Shown: piece by piece, positions 1 through 11,120 of the stretch
Layout: each line of letters begins with the position of its first letter
How positions within the stretch are numbered: position 1 is the stretch's first letter
Assembly (NCBI GenBank): GCA_040386935.1
Contig: JAZKEQ010000006.1
Location: 42,482-106,481 of the forward strand
Length of the DNA: 64,000 nucleotides
Reading direction: 5' to 3'
Origin: Bacteroidota bacterium
Lineage (GTDB): Bacteria; Bacteroidota; Bacteroidia; NS11-12g; UBA955
Made by a program: the position numbers and the translations under genes
The notes under the pieces: generated by a model
What the model was told of the DNA's origin: nothing
The model's database searches: none
What the model saw: the letters and a program-made list of their open reading frames with translations, nothing else

Positions 1-2361
1 TATAGCAATTGTAAATATGCCTATGGTCGTTATCATAAATATGTTTTCAGTGAATTGAGAAAAGATTATACCATTACACTGGTTGTAAAAGATAACATCA
101 CAGGTTGCATTGATTCGGCTGTACAGAATGTAGATTTACTGCGTTGCTCCAAACTGCTTGATAAAAATAGTTACAACATTTGTCAGGATGATATGTTCTA
201 TGGCAGCACAGGAAATTCCAATGATCCCATTAGATTTTCAATTGACACAGGTCGTACCTGGTTTGATTTTCCTTCACAAATTAAAGCACCTTATCTGGGT
301 TTGTACGATGTATTATTGGTTTTTCAGAAATACCAATCACCATGGTTTGAAAACATAGGCAACGACTCTATGAAAATTCATAACGATTCTATTCTGGTGT
401 ATGATACGATTAATAAGAAACAATTTTTGACTGTTAAGGCTACCAGATTTGATTCATTGAGCTATAAAGATTACACGTCCTGCAGTAGTTATCGCACCAC
501 TATTTATTTTAAAAATAAACTCTTTAAGGCAGGCGAAAAAATGGAAATTTTTTGGGGCGATAATACCAATGATGTCAAATTCTTTTTAGTTGACACCTAT
601 GTAGATTCTATCAGCCATGTCTACAAACATCCGGGTATAAAAGCAGGTATTACGATTAATCTTTACAATGGTTCGGGTTGCTTTAATCAATACAGACATT
701 TCGTTGGATTTGGAAAAACAGTGGCAGTAATTCCACAGTATAAATTTTGCACCAACGTAAAAAGTTGTATGGATGTAACTGTAACAGAAAACAGCACATC
801 CAAAAAATGGAGTAATTTGACAAACAAGCAGCTCACCTGGATAGTTGACAGTACCTTTGTTTACAGCAATGTAATGAAAGTTTGCCACACCTTTACCAAA
901 GGAGGTAACCGCAAAATAAGGATTATAGCTATTGATAGTAACGGTTGTGCCGATACATTTAAAACGACTGTATTTGTGCAGGAAGTAAAAGCCAATATCA
1001 GCAACCTGCCCAAAGTAATTTTTTGCTCAGAGCTCAGACAGTTTTTTGATTCTTCCTATTGTATCAAAACATTCAGTGATTCAATATCAAAAATAAAATG
1101 GGATTTTGGCGACAAAACATTTTTAACCACACAAAAAAATCCTTTTAAAGCATTTAATTCAAGTGCCGATAGTGTATATGTATTATTAGCTGTTCAAACA
1201 GTCAGTGGTTGTGTCGATACTCAAAAAGTGAGTATTGCCATCATTGGCGCTAAACCTGCCTTTAGAATAAAGGATACAGTTGCTTGTGGGCAAATGCAGG
1301 CTGTATTCTATAACCTGTCGGGCAAATGTAAAAGTTATATCTGGGAGTTTGGCGACAGTGCACAAACATCAAAAGTGATGAGCGATACGCAAACTGTGAC
1401 CTTTTTTTATAACAAACCAGGTCGCTATCACATTAAATTATACGGTACCGATACCATTCGCAATCCATCGACAGGGAATACCTATCATTGCGTCAGTGTT
1501 TTTCCTGAGTACCCTGTTATTCGAGATGTTGTTATCCTGCCGATTATTGATGCAGAAATTATTTCTAAAGATACCATTTGCTTAGGCGATTCTTTGCTCT
1601 TGAGAAGTAAAGATACAGCTTACATTGATCATGAAATATGGCAGATGGGCGATGGAATAACACTTATACAGCAGCCACCTAAACAGTTTGCGTATTATTA
1701 TAAAACTAACGGCACCTATACCATTAATCTTTCACCTAAAGTGAATTTAGCAGCAGCTAAAGCCTGTATCGATAATGCTTCCAAAGATATAGTTGTGCTG
1801 GGAGTTAAAGCCGATTTTGATATTGATAAGAATAGTAAGCCCTATTATTCTTTTAACAATTTATCGCAACCTGCCTATGCTTCTTTGCTTTGGGACTTCG
1901 GACAACCATCATCAGGTAGTTTGAATAATTCAACAGAACAAAATCCTTCACATTTTTATGGCTATGCCAATCAACAGTTCACAATTTGTCTTACTGCAAC
2001 ATTGCCTTACGGCTGTCAGGATTCTGTGTGCAAGCAGATTGAAAATACGAGAGACAGTGCTTCTGTAAAATTATTCAATGTGTTTACACCTGAACATAAA
2101 GACAATAAGAATGATTACTACGATGTGCTGATAGAAGGAGAGGATCTTTATGAATTATTTATTTACGATCGCTGGGGTATTCTGGTATTTCACGGAAAGC
2201 AGGATGCAGATGTTGTGATTGAAGATAATTGGAACGGTAAGGTAATGAATGTCGGTAACGATTGTCCTCCGGGCGTTTATTACTATCTGTTCAGATACAG
2301 AATTCCATTATTGTCACCCGAAACAATACTCACCAATGGGGTTATTCAATTAATCAGATAA
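1..2361 (+). CDS. PKD-repeat secreted protein with T9SS type B (gliding motility-associated) C-terminal domain; begins upstream of the window
   Basis: Frame open from base 1; repeated WDFGD/WEFGD PKD motifs; C-terminal NVFTP..ND..IYDRWG..WNG..GVYYY. Confidence 0.85.
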   Translation, partial: YSNCKYAYGRYHKYVFSELRKDYTITLVVKDNITGCIDSAVQNVDLLRCSKLLDKNSYNICQDDMFYGSTGNSNDPIRFSIDTGRTWFDFPSQIKAPYLGLYDVLLVFQKYQSPWFENIGNDSMKIHNDSILVYDTINKKQFLTVKATRFDSLSYKDYTSCSSYRTTIYFKNKLFKAGEKMEIFWGDNTNDVKFFLVDTYVDSISHVYKHPGIKAGITINLYNGSGCFNQYRHFVGFGKTVAVIPQYKFCTNVKSCMDVTVTENSTSKKWSNLTNKQLTWIVDSTFVYSNVMKVCHTFTKGGNRKIRIIAIDSNGCADTFKTTVFVQEVKANISNLPKVIFCSELRQFFDSSYCIKTFSDSISKIKWDFGDKTFLTTQKNPFKAFNSSADSVYVLLAVQTVSGCVDTQKVSIAIIGAKPAFRIKDTVACGQMQAVFYNLSGKCKSYIWEFGDSAQTSKVMSDTQTVTFFYNKPGRYHIKLYGTDTIRNPSTGNTYHCVSVFPEYPVIRDVVILPIIDAEIISKDTICLGDSLLLRSKDTAYIDHEIWQMGDGITLIQQPPKQFAYYYKTNGTYTINLSPKVNLAAAKACIDNASKDIVVLGVKADFDIDKNSKPYYSFNNLSQPAYASLLWDFGQPSSGSLNNSTEQNPSHFYGYANQQFTICLTATLPYGCQDSVCKQIENTRDSASVKLFNVFTPEHKDNKNDYYDVLIEGEDLYELFIYDRWGILVFHGKQDADVVIEDNWNGKVMNVGNDCPPGVYYYLFRYRIPLLSPETILTNGVIQLIR

Positions 2362-2364
2362 TTA

Positions 2365-3390
2365 TTAATGAGCTTGACTGAGGGTTACTTTAAAAGTAGC
2401 GCTCACGGTTGTTTCACCCGTTACCAATCCACCAAAGTTTTTGTTTTCCTGATGCACATATTCACGCAATTTTTTTGTTTGCTCAGGACTGAACATATTT
2501 AACTGTTCCAATATAGATTGGGCAACATTGTATTGTGGTCCCATTTTACCATCATCTACTTTGATGCAAATGCCCATTTGTTTTTCAATTAATCCCAATG
2601 AGTAGATGCCATCAGCACCCGTTTTGCCAATCAATTTGCCATTGGCTTCTTCCATCAAATCAGAGCAATATCTTTTTTTACCGGCTATCATTTGAGGATA
2701 AGCTGTAATAGCATCTGTCATCATCTTACAAGCTTTTTGTATGGCTTCGCTGAATTGAACAGGATGCACGATGTTCTTATAGGCAATGGCCTGATTAATC
2801 ACCGGAAATGCAAGAATAGGTGCCGAACAACCATCTATGCCATTTTTAATTTTTTCAATGGGATAGCGGTGAAACTCAGCCGTAATTTTTAATATTTCCT
2901 GATGAAGGGGATGATTGAAATCGAGATAGTTTTCAATCGGCAAATTGTTGTAAACGCAATATGCCAAAAACCCCGCATGCTTACCGCTGCAATTATTTTG
3001 TATGCGCTTTGGTTGCTGGTCGTTTTTTATTAAAATATTTTGGTCTTCGCGCAAGGTTGGCATTTGTGGACCACATTGCAAATCATCTTCTGTTAAACCA
3101 ATTTTATTTAAAATGCTATAGGCCGTTTCAACATGTTCTGGTTCACCATTATGACTGCCGCAAAAAATGGCAATTTCTTTTTGTGTAAAACCGAAATGTT
3201 CAACGGCACCGCTGGTAAGTAAGGGCAACTGTTGTACAAATTTCATGGCTGAACGCGGAAAGCACAATTGCTGGATATCGCCTGTGCTGAATACTACGCG
3301 GTCGTCTTTATCTACAATGCATACAACGCCTCTGTGAAAACTTTCTAATACGTTGCCTCTGTATACTTCTACTAAAATAGGATTGCTCAT
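2365..3390 (-). CDS. L-asparaginase II family protein
   Basis: VEVYRG..ESFHRG, PRSAMK, NNCSGKHAG, KTGADG motifs. Confidence 0.9.
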   Translation of the reverse strand: MSNPILVEVYRGNVLESFHRGVVCIVDKDDRVVFSTGDIQQLCFPRSAMKFVQQLPLLTSGAVEHFGFTQKEIAIFCGSHNGEPEHVETAYSILNKIGLTEDDLQCGPQMPTLREDQNILIKNDQQPKRIQNNCSGKHAGFLAYCVYNNLPIENYLDFNHPLHQEILKITAEFHRYPIEKIKNGIDGCSAPILAFPVINQAIAYKNIVHPVQFSEAIQKACKMMTDAITAYPQMIAGKKRYCSDLMEEANGKLIGKTGADGIYSLGLIEKQMGICIKVDDGKMGPQYNVAQSILEQLNMFSPEQTKKLREYVHQENKNFGGLVTGETTVSATFKVTLSQAH

Positions 3391-3392
3391 TG

Positions 3393-4322
3393 TCAGGAAT
3401 TTTGATTGGTGGCTAATAAAAACATGCAGGCCATTCTGATGGCTACACCGTTTTCCACCTGATTAAGAATAATGCTGTAATCGCTGTCTGCCACTTCACT
3501 GGTTATCTCCACACCGCGGTTAATAGGCCCGGGGTGCATAATGGTAATGTCTTTGCCGATGCTTTCAAGCATTGGCAATGTTAATCCGTATTGCATGGAA
3601 TACTCGCGGAGCGAAGGGAAATATTTGATTTCCTGTCTTTCCATTTGTATGCGCAACATATTGGCAACATCACACCATTCAAGTGCTTTGCGCAGATTGT
3701 GTTCCACTTTTACACCCAGTTGTTCGATGTATTTTGGTATCAGTGTACTAGGGCCGCATACCATTACTTCAGCACCTAATTTTTGCAAACAAAATATATT
3801 GGATAAGGCCACACGGCTGTGCAGAATATCACCTACGATGACTACCTTTTTACCGGTTACATCTCCAAGTGTTTCTTTGATAGAGTAGGCATCCAATAAT
3901 GCTTGAGTCGGATGTTCATGTGTGCCATCACCGGCATTTAAGATGGTGGCATCTATTTGTTTGGATAAAAAGATACAAGCACCGGGACTGGGGTGGCGCA
4001 TTACCACCATGTCTACCTTCATGCTCAAAATATTTTTTACAGTATCAATCAGTGTTTCTCCTTTTGATACGGATGAAGAAGACGATGAAAAATTGACGAT
4101 ATCGGCACTCAGTCTTTTTTGAGCTAACTCAAATGAAACACGGGTACGGGTTGAGTTTTCAAAGAATAAATTGGCTACAGTAATATCGCGGAGTGAAGGA
4201 ACTTTTTTAATGGGGCGATTGATAATGGTTTTAAAATTATCTGCAGTTTCAAATATAAGGCGTATGTCCTGTTCGTTCAGATCCTTAATGCCCAGCAGGT
4301 GTTTTACAGATAATTGTGTCAT
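3393..4322 (-). CDS. pyrB: Aspartate carbamoyltransferase catalytic subunit
   Basis: FFENSTRTR, HPTQALLD, HPGPINRG; ATG at 4322 overlaps pyrR stop (ATGA). Confidence 0.97.
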   Translation of the reverse strand: MTQLSVKHLLGIKDLNEQDIRLIFETADNFKTIINRPIKKVPSLRDITVANLFFENSTRTRVSFELAQKRLSADIVNFSSSSSSVSKGETLIDTVKNILSMKVDMVVMRHPSPGACIFLSKQIDATILNAGDGTHEHPTQALLDAYSIKETLGDVTGKKVVIVGDILHSRVALSNIFCLQKLGAEVMVCGPSTLIPKYIEQLGVKVEHNLRKALEWCDVANMLRIQMERQEIKYFPSLREYSMQYGLTLPMLESIGKDITIMHPGPINRGVEITSEVADSDYSIILNQVENGVAIRMACMFLLATNQNS

Positions 4323-4852
4323 GCGTTTATCAACCAAACTTTATAATTATTTTCTTCCCAGTCAACTTTTACTTTCTGAATATTCCCTCTTGTATCTACG
4401 CTTTTTCCTACATAATCAGGCGCAATAGGATTTTCGCGGTTGAATTTCCTGTCAATCAAAACACAAAGTTCCACTTTTGCAGGACGGCCAAAGTCGAGTA
4501 AGGCATCCATGGCGCTGCGTATGCTGCGACCGGTAAACAATACATCATCAATTAAGATGATTTTTAATCCTTCAGTACTGAAGGGTATATGAATCGGATT
4601 GGGTACCAATTGTTTATTCGAAGTTCTGAAATCATCGCGGTAAAAAGTGATGTCCAATTCACCGTATTTAATTTTTGAACCAATAATGCCTTCCACTCTT
4701 TGTCGGATAAGGCGGGCCGGAAAAATGCCTCTTGGCTGTAAAGCAATGATGGCAGTGTTTTCGAAATGACCGTGGTTCTCTACCAGTTCATAAGCCAGTC
4801 TGTGCAGTGTTGCATTCAGCTTAAGGTGGTCATATAGTAGTTTTTCTTCCAA
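4319..4852 (-). CDS. pyrR: Bifunctional pyr regulator / uracil phosphoribosyltransferase
   Basis: LDITFYRDDF, IDDVLFTGRSIRSA; TTG start. Confidence 0.95.
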   Translation of the reverse strand: MEEKLLYDHLKLNATLHRLAYELVENHGHFENTAIIALQPRGIFPARLIRQRVEGIIGSKIKYGELDITFYRDDFRTSNKQLVPNPIHIPFSTEGLKIILIDDVLFTGRSIRSAMDALLDFGRPAKVELCVLIDRKFNRENPIAPDYVGKSVDTRGNIQKVKVDWEENNYKVWLINA

Positions 4853-5263
4853 TTATTTTTGTTCTGATAATTCCAATACCACATCAAATTCTGCCTGGGT
4901 TACTGCTCCTACACTGAGTCGGCTTAATTTTACCAGTTGCATATTGCTCAGGCGTTTTTCAGCTTTTATTTGTTCGAGAGTCACCGATTTTTTTAATTTT
5001 TTAAAGGGAGACAATTCTACTACCACCCAATTCGTATCCTCGGTTGTTGGATCCTGATAGGCTTCTTTCACAACCTTGGCCATGCCGACAATTTCTTTTC
5101 CTTCATTGCTGTGATAAAAAAAGACCAGATCCCCTTTTTTCATGTCGCGCATATTATTGCGGGCAGCGTAATTTCTAACACCATCCCATACTGTTTTCTT
5201 GTCCTTTTCAAATTGTTCCCATGAATATTTGAACGGTTCAGATTTTACAAGCCAGTGTTTCAT
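4853..5263 (-). CDS. EVE domain protein
   Basis: WLVKSEP, WDGVRNY.ARN, FFYHSN, SRLSV. Confidence 0.93.
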   Translation of the reverse strand: MKHWLVKSEPFKYSWEQFEKDKKTVWDGVRNYAARNNMRDMKKGDLVFFYHSNEGKEIVGMAKVVKEAYQDPTTEDTNWVVVELSPFKKLKKSVTLEQIKAEKRLSNMQLVKLSRLSVGAVTQAEFDVVLELSEQK

Positions 5264-5341
5264 CTGTTGGCAAATAAACAGCTATTTTTACGTTTATTCA
5301 ATAGGGGCAATGAAAGAATATGCACTTTTTTTACCGAGTGT

Positions 5342-6808
5342 TTATTGCCAGGTACTGCCGTCTTTCCCGTCTTTTATTTCAAATCCAAGCGCGCTGAGTT
5401 TATTGCGAATCTCATCTGATAAGGCGTAATTCTTATTGGCTTTGGCCTCATTGCGCATGGTCAGCAGCATTTGCATCACACCATCAAGGCGTGTATTGTC
5501 TCCTCCATTTTCTTTTGCCAATCCCAGAATATCGAATACAAAACAGTTGAAGTGATTGCGCAAAACGCCCAAATCAGTTTCTGTAATTGTCGCACTTCCC
5601 GCTGAAATTGAATTGATGTAAGTCACCATTTCAAATAGTTTGGAAATAAGAATAGGCGTATTCAAATCTTCGTTCATGGCATCGTAAGCCTGGCTCACCA
5701 TGCTGTGAACATCAGCACTGGATGTAGCTGAAGATGAAATATTTTTTAATGTATCAGAAGCAGATAGCAAACGCTGTAATCCCTTTTCAGCAGCCTGCAA
5801 TGCAGCATTGCCAAAATCTAATGTACCGCGGTAGTGGGCCATCAGAATAAAGAATTTCAGGGTCATGGCCGTATAGGGTTGTTCCAGTAACGCGTGATTG
5901 CCTGTAAAGAAATCATCAACCGCAATACCGTTATTCAGCGACTTGGCCATTTTCTGTCCGTTGATGGTCACCATGTTGTGGTGCATCCAATAACGCGCAG
6001 GATTGTTGTGGTTACATGCGGTCGACTGCGCAATTTCTGACTCATGGTGAGGAAACAGTAAGTCCATGCCGCCACCGTGAATATCAAATTCTTTGCCCAG
6101 ATATTTTTGACTCATGGCACTGCACTCAATGTGCCATCCCGGAAAACCTTTGCCCCACGGGCTGTTCCATTGCATGATGTGTTCAGGTCCGGCATTTTTC
6201 CATAATGCAAAATCATTGGAGTTGCGTTTTTCTTCCTGACCTTCCAACTCGCGCACTTCATTGCCTGCTCCTGCCATCAGGTCTTCAACAATACGACCCG
6301 ATAGTTTGCCGTAATCCTTATCCTTGCTATATTTCAGTACATCAAAATATACCGAGCCATTGACTGCATAGGCGTATCCATTGGCAATAATCTGCTCTAT
6401 CATTTCTATCTGCTCAATGATATGACCACTGGCTCTCGGTTCAATAGAAGCCGGAATCAGGTTCAATGCATTCAACATGTCGTGGTATTTATTGGTATAA
6501 AATTGGGCAATTTCCATTGGCTCCAATTGTTCTATGCGGGCTTTTTTAGCAATTTTATCTTCACCCTCATCGGCATCATTCACCAAATGACCCACATCAG
6601 TAATGTTTCTTACAAACCTCACCTTGTAACCGATATGTCGGAGGTAGCGGTGCACCACATCGAATACAACCGGACCGCGCACGTGACCCAAATGCGGACT
6701 GCCATATACCGTAGGGCCGCACAGATAAAGGCCTACAAAGGGTGGCTGTAAGGGCGTAAAGTCTTCAATCTTGCGCGAGTAGGTGTTGTATATCTTTAAG
6801 GGTTGCAT
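5342..6808 (-). CDS. cysS: Cysteine--tRNA ligase
   Basis: [23 protein letters not shown]; start set at MQPLKIY. Confidence 0.97.
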   Translation of the reverse strand: MQPLKIYNTYSRKIEDFTPLQPPFVGLYLCGPTVYGSPHLGHVRGPVVFDVVHRYLRHIGYKVRFVRNITDVGHLVNDADEGEDKIAKKARIEQLEPMEIAQFYTNKYHDMLNALNLIPASIEPRASGHIIEQIEMIEQIIANGYAYAVNGSVYFDVLKYSKDKDYGKLSGRIVEDLMAGAGNEVRELEGQEEKRNSNDFALWKNAGPEHIMQWNSPWGKGFPGWHIECSAMSQKYLGKEFDIHGGGMDLLFPHHESEIAQSTACNHNNPARYWMHHNMVTINGQKMAKSLNNGIAVDDFFTGNHALLEQPYTAMTLKFFILMAHYRGTLDFGNAALQAAEKGLQRLLSASDTLKNISSSATSSADVHSMVSQAYDAMNEDLNTPILISKLFEMVTYINSISAGSATITETDLGVLRNHFNCFVFDILGLAKENGGDNTRLDGVMQMLLTMRNEAKANKNYALSDEIRNKLSALGFEIKDGKDGSTWQ

Positions 6809-6937
6809 TTTTAAACAGGCAAATTTAAGATTAAATTTCAAGCAATTTAAAGCGACTTTCAAAATCTGTGCTTGGGTTTGAAAAAAACTTTATCTTCGCC
6901 ATTGAAAAAATCAGAATTTTAAAATATTTATCAGACA

Positions 6938-7624
6938 ATGAAAAACAGTATGCTATCCTCTTCGTATTTAAACCTCTCACTGAGTGTTGTGCTTTGCAGT
7001 GTGTTATGGACATCATGTGGCAATAAAAAAACTGCAGCAGTAGTTACAGCTCCGGTTGTAGTGCCGGTTGCGGCCGAGTTTGTTGGTCAACCCGATGGTT
7101 TGTATGCCAATATGAAAACCACTAAAGGCGATATCTTATTACAACTGGAGTACGAAAAAACACCTTTAACAGTTGCCAATTTTGTTGGTCTAGCTGAAGG
7201 GAAATTAAAGAATTCAGCAAAAGCTTTTGGCAAACCGTATTTCGATAGCTTGAAGTTTCACAGGGTTATTCCTAATTTTATGATTCAGGGTGGCGACCCA
7301 CAGGGCAATGGTTCAGGCGGACCGGGTTACAGATTCGAAGATGAGTTTGACCAAAGCTTGACCCATTCTGGTCCGGGTATATTGAGCATGGCCAATGCAG
7401 GTCCCGGCACCAATGGCAGTCAATTCTTCATTACTCACGTAGCAACCCCTTGGTTGAATAACAAGCACTCTGTATTCGGTCACGTAGTAAAAGGACAGGA
7501 TGTAGTGAATGCCATTGCACAAGGCGATATGATCATTCATGTATCAATCGGTAGAGTAGGAGCACAAGCTCAGGCTTACGATCCAACTGTTATCAAAACA
7601 GAAAAATTATTAAAAAAGGATTAA
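6938..7624 (+). CDS. Cyclophilin-type peptidyl-prolyl isomerase, probable lipoprotein
   Basis: [36 protein letters not shown] lipobox-like. Confidence 0.93.
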   Translation: MKNSMLSSSYLNLSLSVVLCSVLWTSCGNKKTAAVVTAPVVVPVAAEFVGQPDGLYANMKTTKGDILLQLEYEKTPLTVANFVGLAEGKLKNSAKAFGKPYFDSLKFHRVIPNFMIQGGDPQGNGSGGPGYRFEDEFDQSLTHSGPGILSMANAGPGTNGSQFFITHVATPWLNNKHSVFGHVVKGQDVVNAIAQGDMIIHVSIGRVGAQAQAYDPTVIKTEKLLKKD

Positions 7625-7652
7625 TTAATTCTCAACCTTTTAAATTTATAGT

Positions 7653-7687
7653 AACCCTCAATAACGCGAAGTTGTTGAGGGTTTTTT
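7653..7687 (+). terminator. Intrinsic terminator after cyclophilin
   Basis: AACCCTCAATAAC/GTTGTTGAGGGTT stem followed by T run. Confidence 0.75.
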
Positions 7688-7776
7688 ATTTGGAGGGAGC
7701 TTTTAGGTTAGTTGTCTCCAAGGGTAGGGACTAAATGGAAAATCAAAAACCTAAAATCAAAAAATCAAAAATATTT

Positions 7777-10700
7777 TTATCCTTTCTTCTTCTTCCGGTC
7801 AATCTCTATTCCCTGAGCTTTCAAACTTTTGTAATTGGAGCGCAGGCGAATGAACCACAGAATTTTTTCTTCTTTGTATGTTTTGGTGGTGTTCGGTATT
7901 GCTCTGCTAAAGCGTGTATATAATCCAAGGCAATAGGTCTTAGATTTGTAACCTATGGTGCTGTCGCTGTACTGTTGATAGAAAGGAAATACGGATATTT
8001 CTTTTTTGCCTTCCACTTTCTTTTTTACATATACAAAGTACAAGAATCGGTATTCGTGGTCGTTGTTCGCATAGCGATTAGCGATCACAGATTTAAATAA
8101 ATAGCTGCTCTTTTTTACGGTACTGTCAACAGTTTGATGGGCGTATAACTGCCACAGGATATTCACCTGTTTTTTGTTGCCGATATGGCTGCTGTAAACA
8201 AATGGGAGAATCGCTGTATATTTGGTTTGTGGTGAGCGCTTGTACCAAATCAGTGGCGCAAATCTGAACTCTTTTGAAGCAGTGTCTTTTCTGTATTCGC
8301 ACAAAGGCCACAGAAAACTGGATTGAGTTGTAGTAGCAGTATGATGGTGACGGTATAAAAAATACAACAAGCTGAAATCTTTGTTACCGACTGTGTCTGA
8401 TTTATAGGTGAACAAAGGGGCTACATGAACCTTGTGTTGACCGTTGCGGTGTATGTTCCAGAAAAGCGGAGTGATCACCAGATGTCGGTTGGTGTTTGTT
8501 TTGCTTTTGCCATAACTGAAAAAAGGTGCAAAAGTGAACGACTTATATTTAGCAGTATTGAAACTGTAAATCAAAGGAAATACTACTGTTGTTTTTTTCT
8601 TCGCACTCTTGTAATGCCATGCTAAAGGGGTAAATACTTTTAACGTATTGCCGTTTAACCTGTTTTTGTTTTTCAAATACAATGGGAAGAATAGGTAAGT
8701 TTTGTTGTATCGGCCTTTAAATGAATAGCTCAATGGGAAGATCACCTTTGTTGTATCGTAGTAAGATTTAAAACTCCAATAGAGCGGGAATACAACACTT
8801 GTTTTTTTATTCGGTTTTTCAATCTGCCACAGTACAGGGAACAGTATTCTTCCTTTCATGTCAAGGTTTTTGAATTGCCAGTACAATGGGGTGATGGCAG
8901 TGTATGCAACTTTTTTGTCTTTCGATTGACTATAACTGAATAACGGAAAGAAGGTCAAAGAATTATAGCGTCTGTTTTGATACGACCATATAATCGGAAA
9001 TAAAACACGGGTTCTGTTTTCCAGGGTTTTGTTATAATGACTCCACCATAAAGGGAAAATAACATTTCGCTTAATATAGGGCGTGTTTTTATGCCACCAC
9101 AAAGGGAAGAATACATTGGTGGTAGAGCCACCTTTTTTTACCTGCCAGAATAATGGTGTAATGACCAGGTGGCGATGTGTGCTGTCCTTTACACTTTTTC
9201 CAAAACTGAACATTGGGAAGAAAGCAAAAGTGTGGTAATTCTTTTTGTGAATGTTCCATACCAAAGGGAACAGTACCTGTTTTTTTGTTTTGTAGTAGTA
9301 ATTTGTATAGCTCCACCAAATAGGGAAGAGTACCTTGGATGATCTCCTTTGGGTGTTTTTGCTCCACCATAAAGGAAAGATGGTTGTGTATTTTCTAGTC
9401 GTTGATTTCTTTTGCCAGAATATTGGAAACAGGAAATTGCTTTTGCTGTTTTTTGTTTCAAAATGCCAGAATAGCGGGGTAATGGCAAAATGTTTTTTAG
9501 CTGTATCTGTTTTCGATTGACCATAAGCAAAGAATGGCATAATGGCAATAGATTTATTGTAGGGATTATTGAAGTACCATACAAAGGGGAATAATACTTT
9601 GCTTTTGCTCTTGTCTGATTCACTTGAGAAGCTCCACCACAGAGGAAAGATGACATTGTACTTGTCTGTTCCTAATTTATCATAAGTTACTTTACTGTGC
9701 CACCAGATGGGGAATAGAATATCGCGTTTTCCTTTTTTTGCAGATTCGTTAAAAGTAGTGTGCCAGTATAAATAAGCGATGGAGAAATATTTCTGGTTTT
9801 TTGGCCATTTATTTTTGGTGCCTTGTGAATACAAAGGAAAAATACTGAAACTTTTATTGTGGCTGTCATCTCGTTTCCATATCAGTGGGAAGATGGTCCA
9901 GTTCTTTTTAAACGTGCTTTTGTAACGCCAATAAAATGGGAAGAAAGTGCGTCTGGTGATGTTTTCACTCAGTGAGGTCTGACTGGTATAAAAAGGAAAT
10001 ACATAGTTAGTGATAAGTGTATCCTTTGAGTATTGGTAGTTAATATATGATTTGCGTTTTACCCAGAAAGGTAGCAGCATAGTAGTTGTTCCTTTTTTGT
10101 TGTATGTCGACCAGAACAGCGGTGTGATAATACGGAATCCTGAAGTGTTTTTTTTGTCTTTACCCGATGCATATAAGGGAAATAAAGTAGTAGACTTGTA
10201 ATTAGGGTTATGGTATTGCCAGAATAGCGGAAATATAACGGTGTTGCGGAAAGCAGGGTCACGGTAACGCCAGTAAAGCGGGAAAAGGGTGGTCTTGTTG
10301 TAAATATTCGCACTGTCTTTCGACCGGTTATTGAAGTATAATGGAAACAGAACAGTTTTAGTTTGCAGATTAGGATAAGAGAAACGCCAGAATAATGGTG
10401 TTACAATGGTGTATTTGGTTTGTAAATTATTGTAGGCGCCATAGCTGTAGATAGGAAACAAAGTTGACGATTTGCTGTTGGGGGTTGCAAAGTGCCAGTA
10501 TACCGGGAATGTTACAAAGTGGGAGCGTTTATTGATCTTATCGTTCTTATACCAGAGAAAGAAAAAAATGCTGTTTTTGAGATAATTGCCATCATTGGAT
10601 GTGGTAAAATTCAGTAAACTAATTTCAGGGGCAATGTCTATAAAGCGATAGGAGGTGGTGTGTTTGCGGTAATCTTTTTGATACGCAAAAACAGAAGGGT

Positions 10701-11007
10701 AATAGGTGGTGAATAGCTTAAACTGATTGTTATTTGTATTGCTGTCGTACCAAAAAACAGGAAGAAAATGCGCATGACGCATGGTGTCCTTGTAATTCTT
10801 CTTGTTTTGATATAGGGTGAATAATATTTCCGTGTTTTTGTAACCGGGCGTTTTGATAACCTTCACTATCGGCCATAGATGCAAATTGCCACCTCGGGTA
10901 ATGCCAAGGTCGAAACTCAGTTTGTCTTTAATTGTATCTGTTTGCGCACTTGATGTAAGTGGGCATAAATACAATAACAACAGTATTATCCATGGGTTTT
11001 TAATCAC
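7777..11007 (-). CDS. Large exported protein made of ~50 (F/T)PxxW-type short repeats, function unknown
   Basis: 1076-aa ORF, signal peptide, recurring IFPLWW/ITPLFW units with Lys-rich linkers. Confidence 0.8.
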   Translation of the reverse strand: MIKNPWIILLLLYLCPLTSSAQTDTIKDKLSFDLGITRGGNLHLWPIVKVIKTPGYKNTEILFTLYQNKKNYKDTMRHAHFLPVFWYDSNTNNNQFKLFTTYYPSVFAYQKDYRKHTTSYRFIDIAPEISLLNFTTSNDGNYLKNSIFFFLWYKNDKINKRSHFVTFPVYWHFATPNSKSSTLFPIYSYGAYNNLQTKYTIVTPLFWRFSYPNLQTKTVLFPLYFNNRSKDSANIYNKTTLFPLYWRYRDPAFRNTVIFPLFWQYHNPNYKSTTLFPLYASGKDKKNTSGFRIITPLFWSTYNKKGTTTMLLPFWVKRKSYINYQYSKDTLITNYVFPFYTSQTSLSENITRRTFFPFYWRYKSTFKKNWTIFPLIWKRDDSHNKSFSIFPLYSQGTKNKWPKNQKYFSIAYLYWHTTFNESAKKGKRDILFPIWWHSKVTYDKLGTDKYNVIFPLWWSFSSESDKSKSKVLFPFVWYFNNPYNKSIAIMPFFAYGQSKTDTAKKHFAITPLFWHFETKNSKSNFLFPIFWQKKSTTRKYTTIFPLWWSKNTQRRSSKVLFPIWWSYTNYYYKTKKQVLFPLVWNIHKKNYHTFAFFPMFSFGKSVKDSTHRHLVITPLFWQVKKGGSTTNVFFPLWWHKNTPYIKRNVIFPLWWSHYNKTLENRTRVLFPIIWSYQNRRYNSLTFFPLFSYSQSKDKKVAYTAITPLYWQFKNLDMKGRILFPVLWQIEKPNKKTSVVFPLYWSFKSYYDTTKVIFPLSYSFKGRYNKTYLFFPLYLKNKNRLNGNTLKVFTPLAWHYKSAKKKTTVVFPLIYSFNTAKYKSFTFAPFFSYGKSKTNTNRHLVITPLFWNIHRNGQHKVHVAPLFTYKSDTVGNKDFSLLYFLYRHHHTATTTQSSFLWPLCEYRKDTASKEFRFAPLIWYKRSPQTKYTAILPFVYSSHIGNKKQVNILWQLYAHQTVDSTVKKSSYLFKSVIANRYANNDHEYRFLYFVYVKKKVEGKKEISVFPFYQQYSDSTIGYKSKTYCLGLYTRFSRAIPNTTKTYKEEKILWFIRLRSNYKSLKAQGIEIDRKKKKG

Positions 11008-11120
11008 GGCTATAGAAATAGTTATAAAATATTTTTTTTTGGAAAATTACAACTATGACTTTATAAAAACCAATAAGTTTAATTTGAGTGCAGAAATAAA
11101 AAAATTGACAGGTCCTAAAT

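Noticed and set aside
7735-7776. AAAATC-type short repeats and the 62-aa ORF starting here
   Set aside because: Low-complexity intergenic tract; ORF is antisense to the large repeat gene
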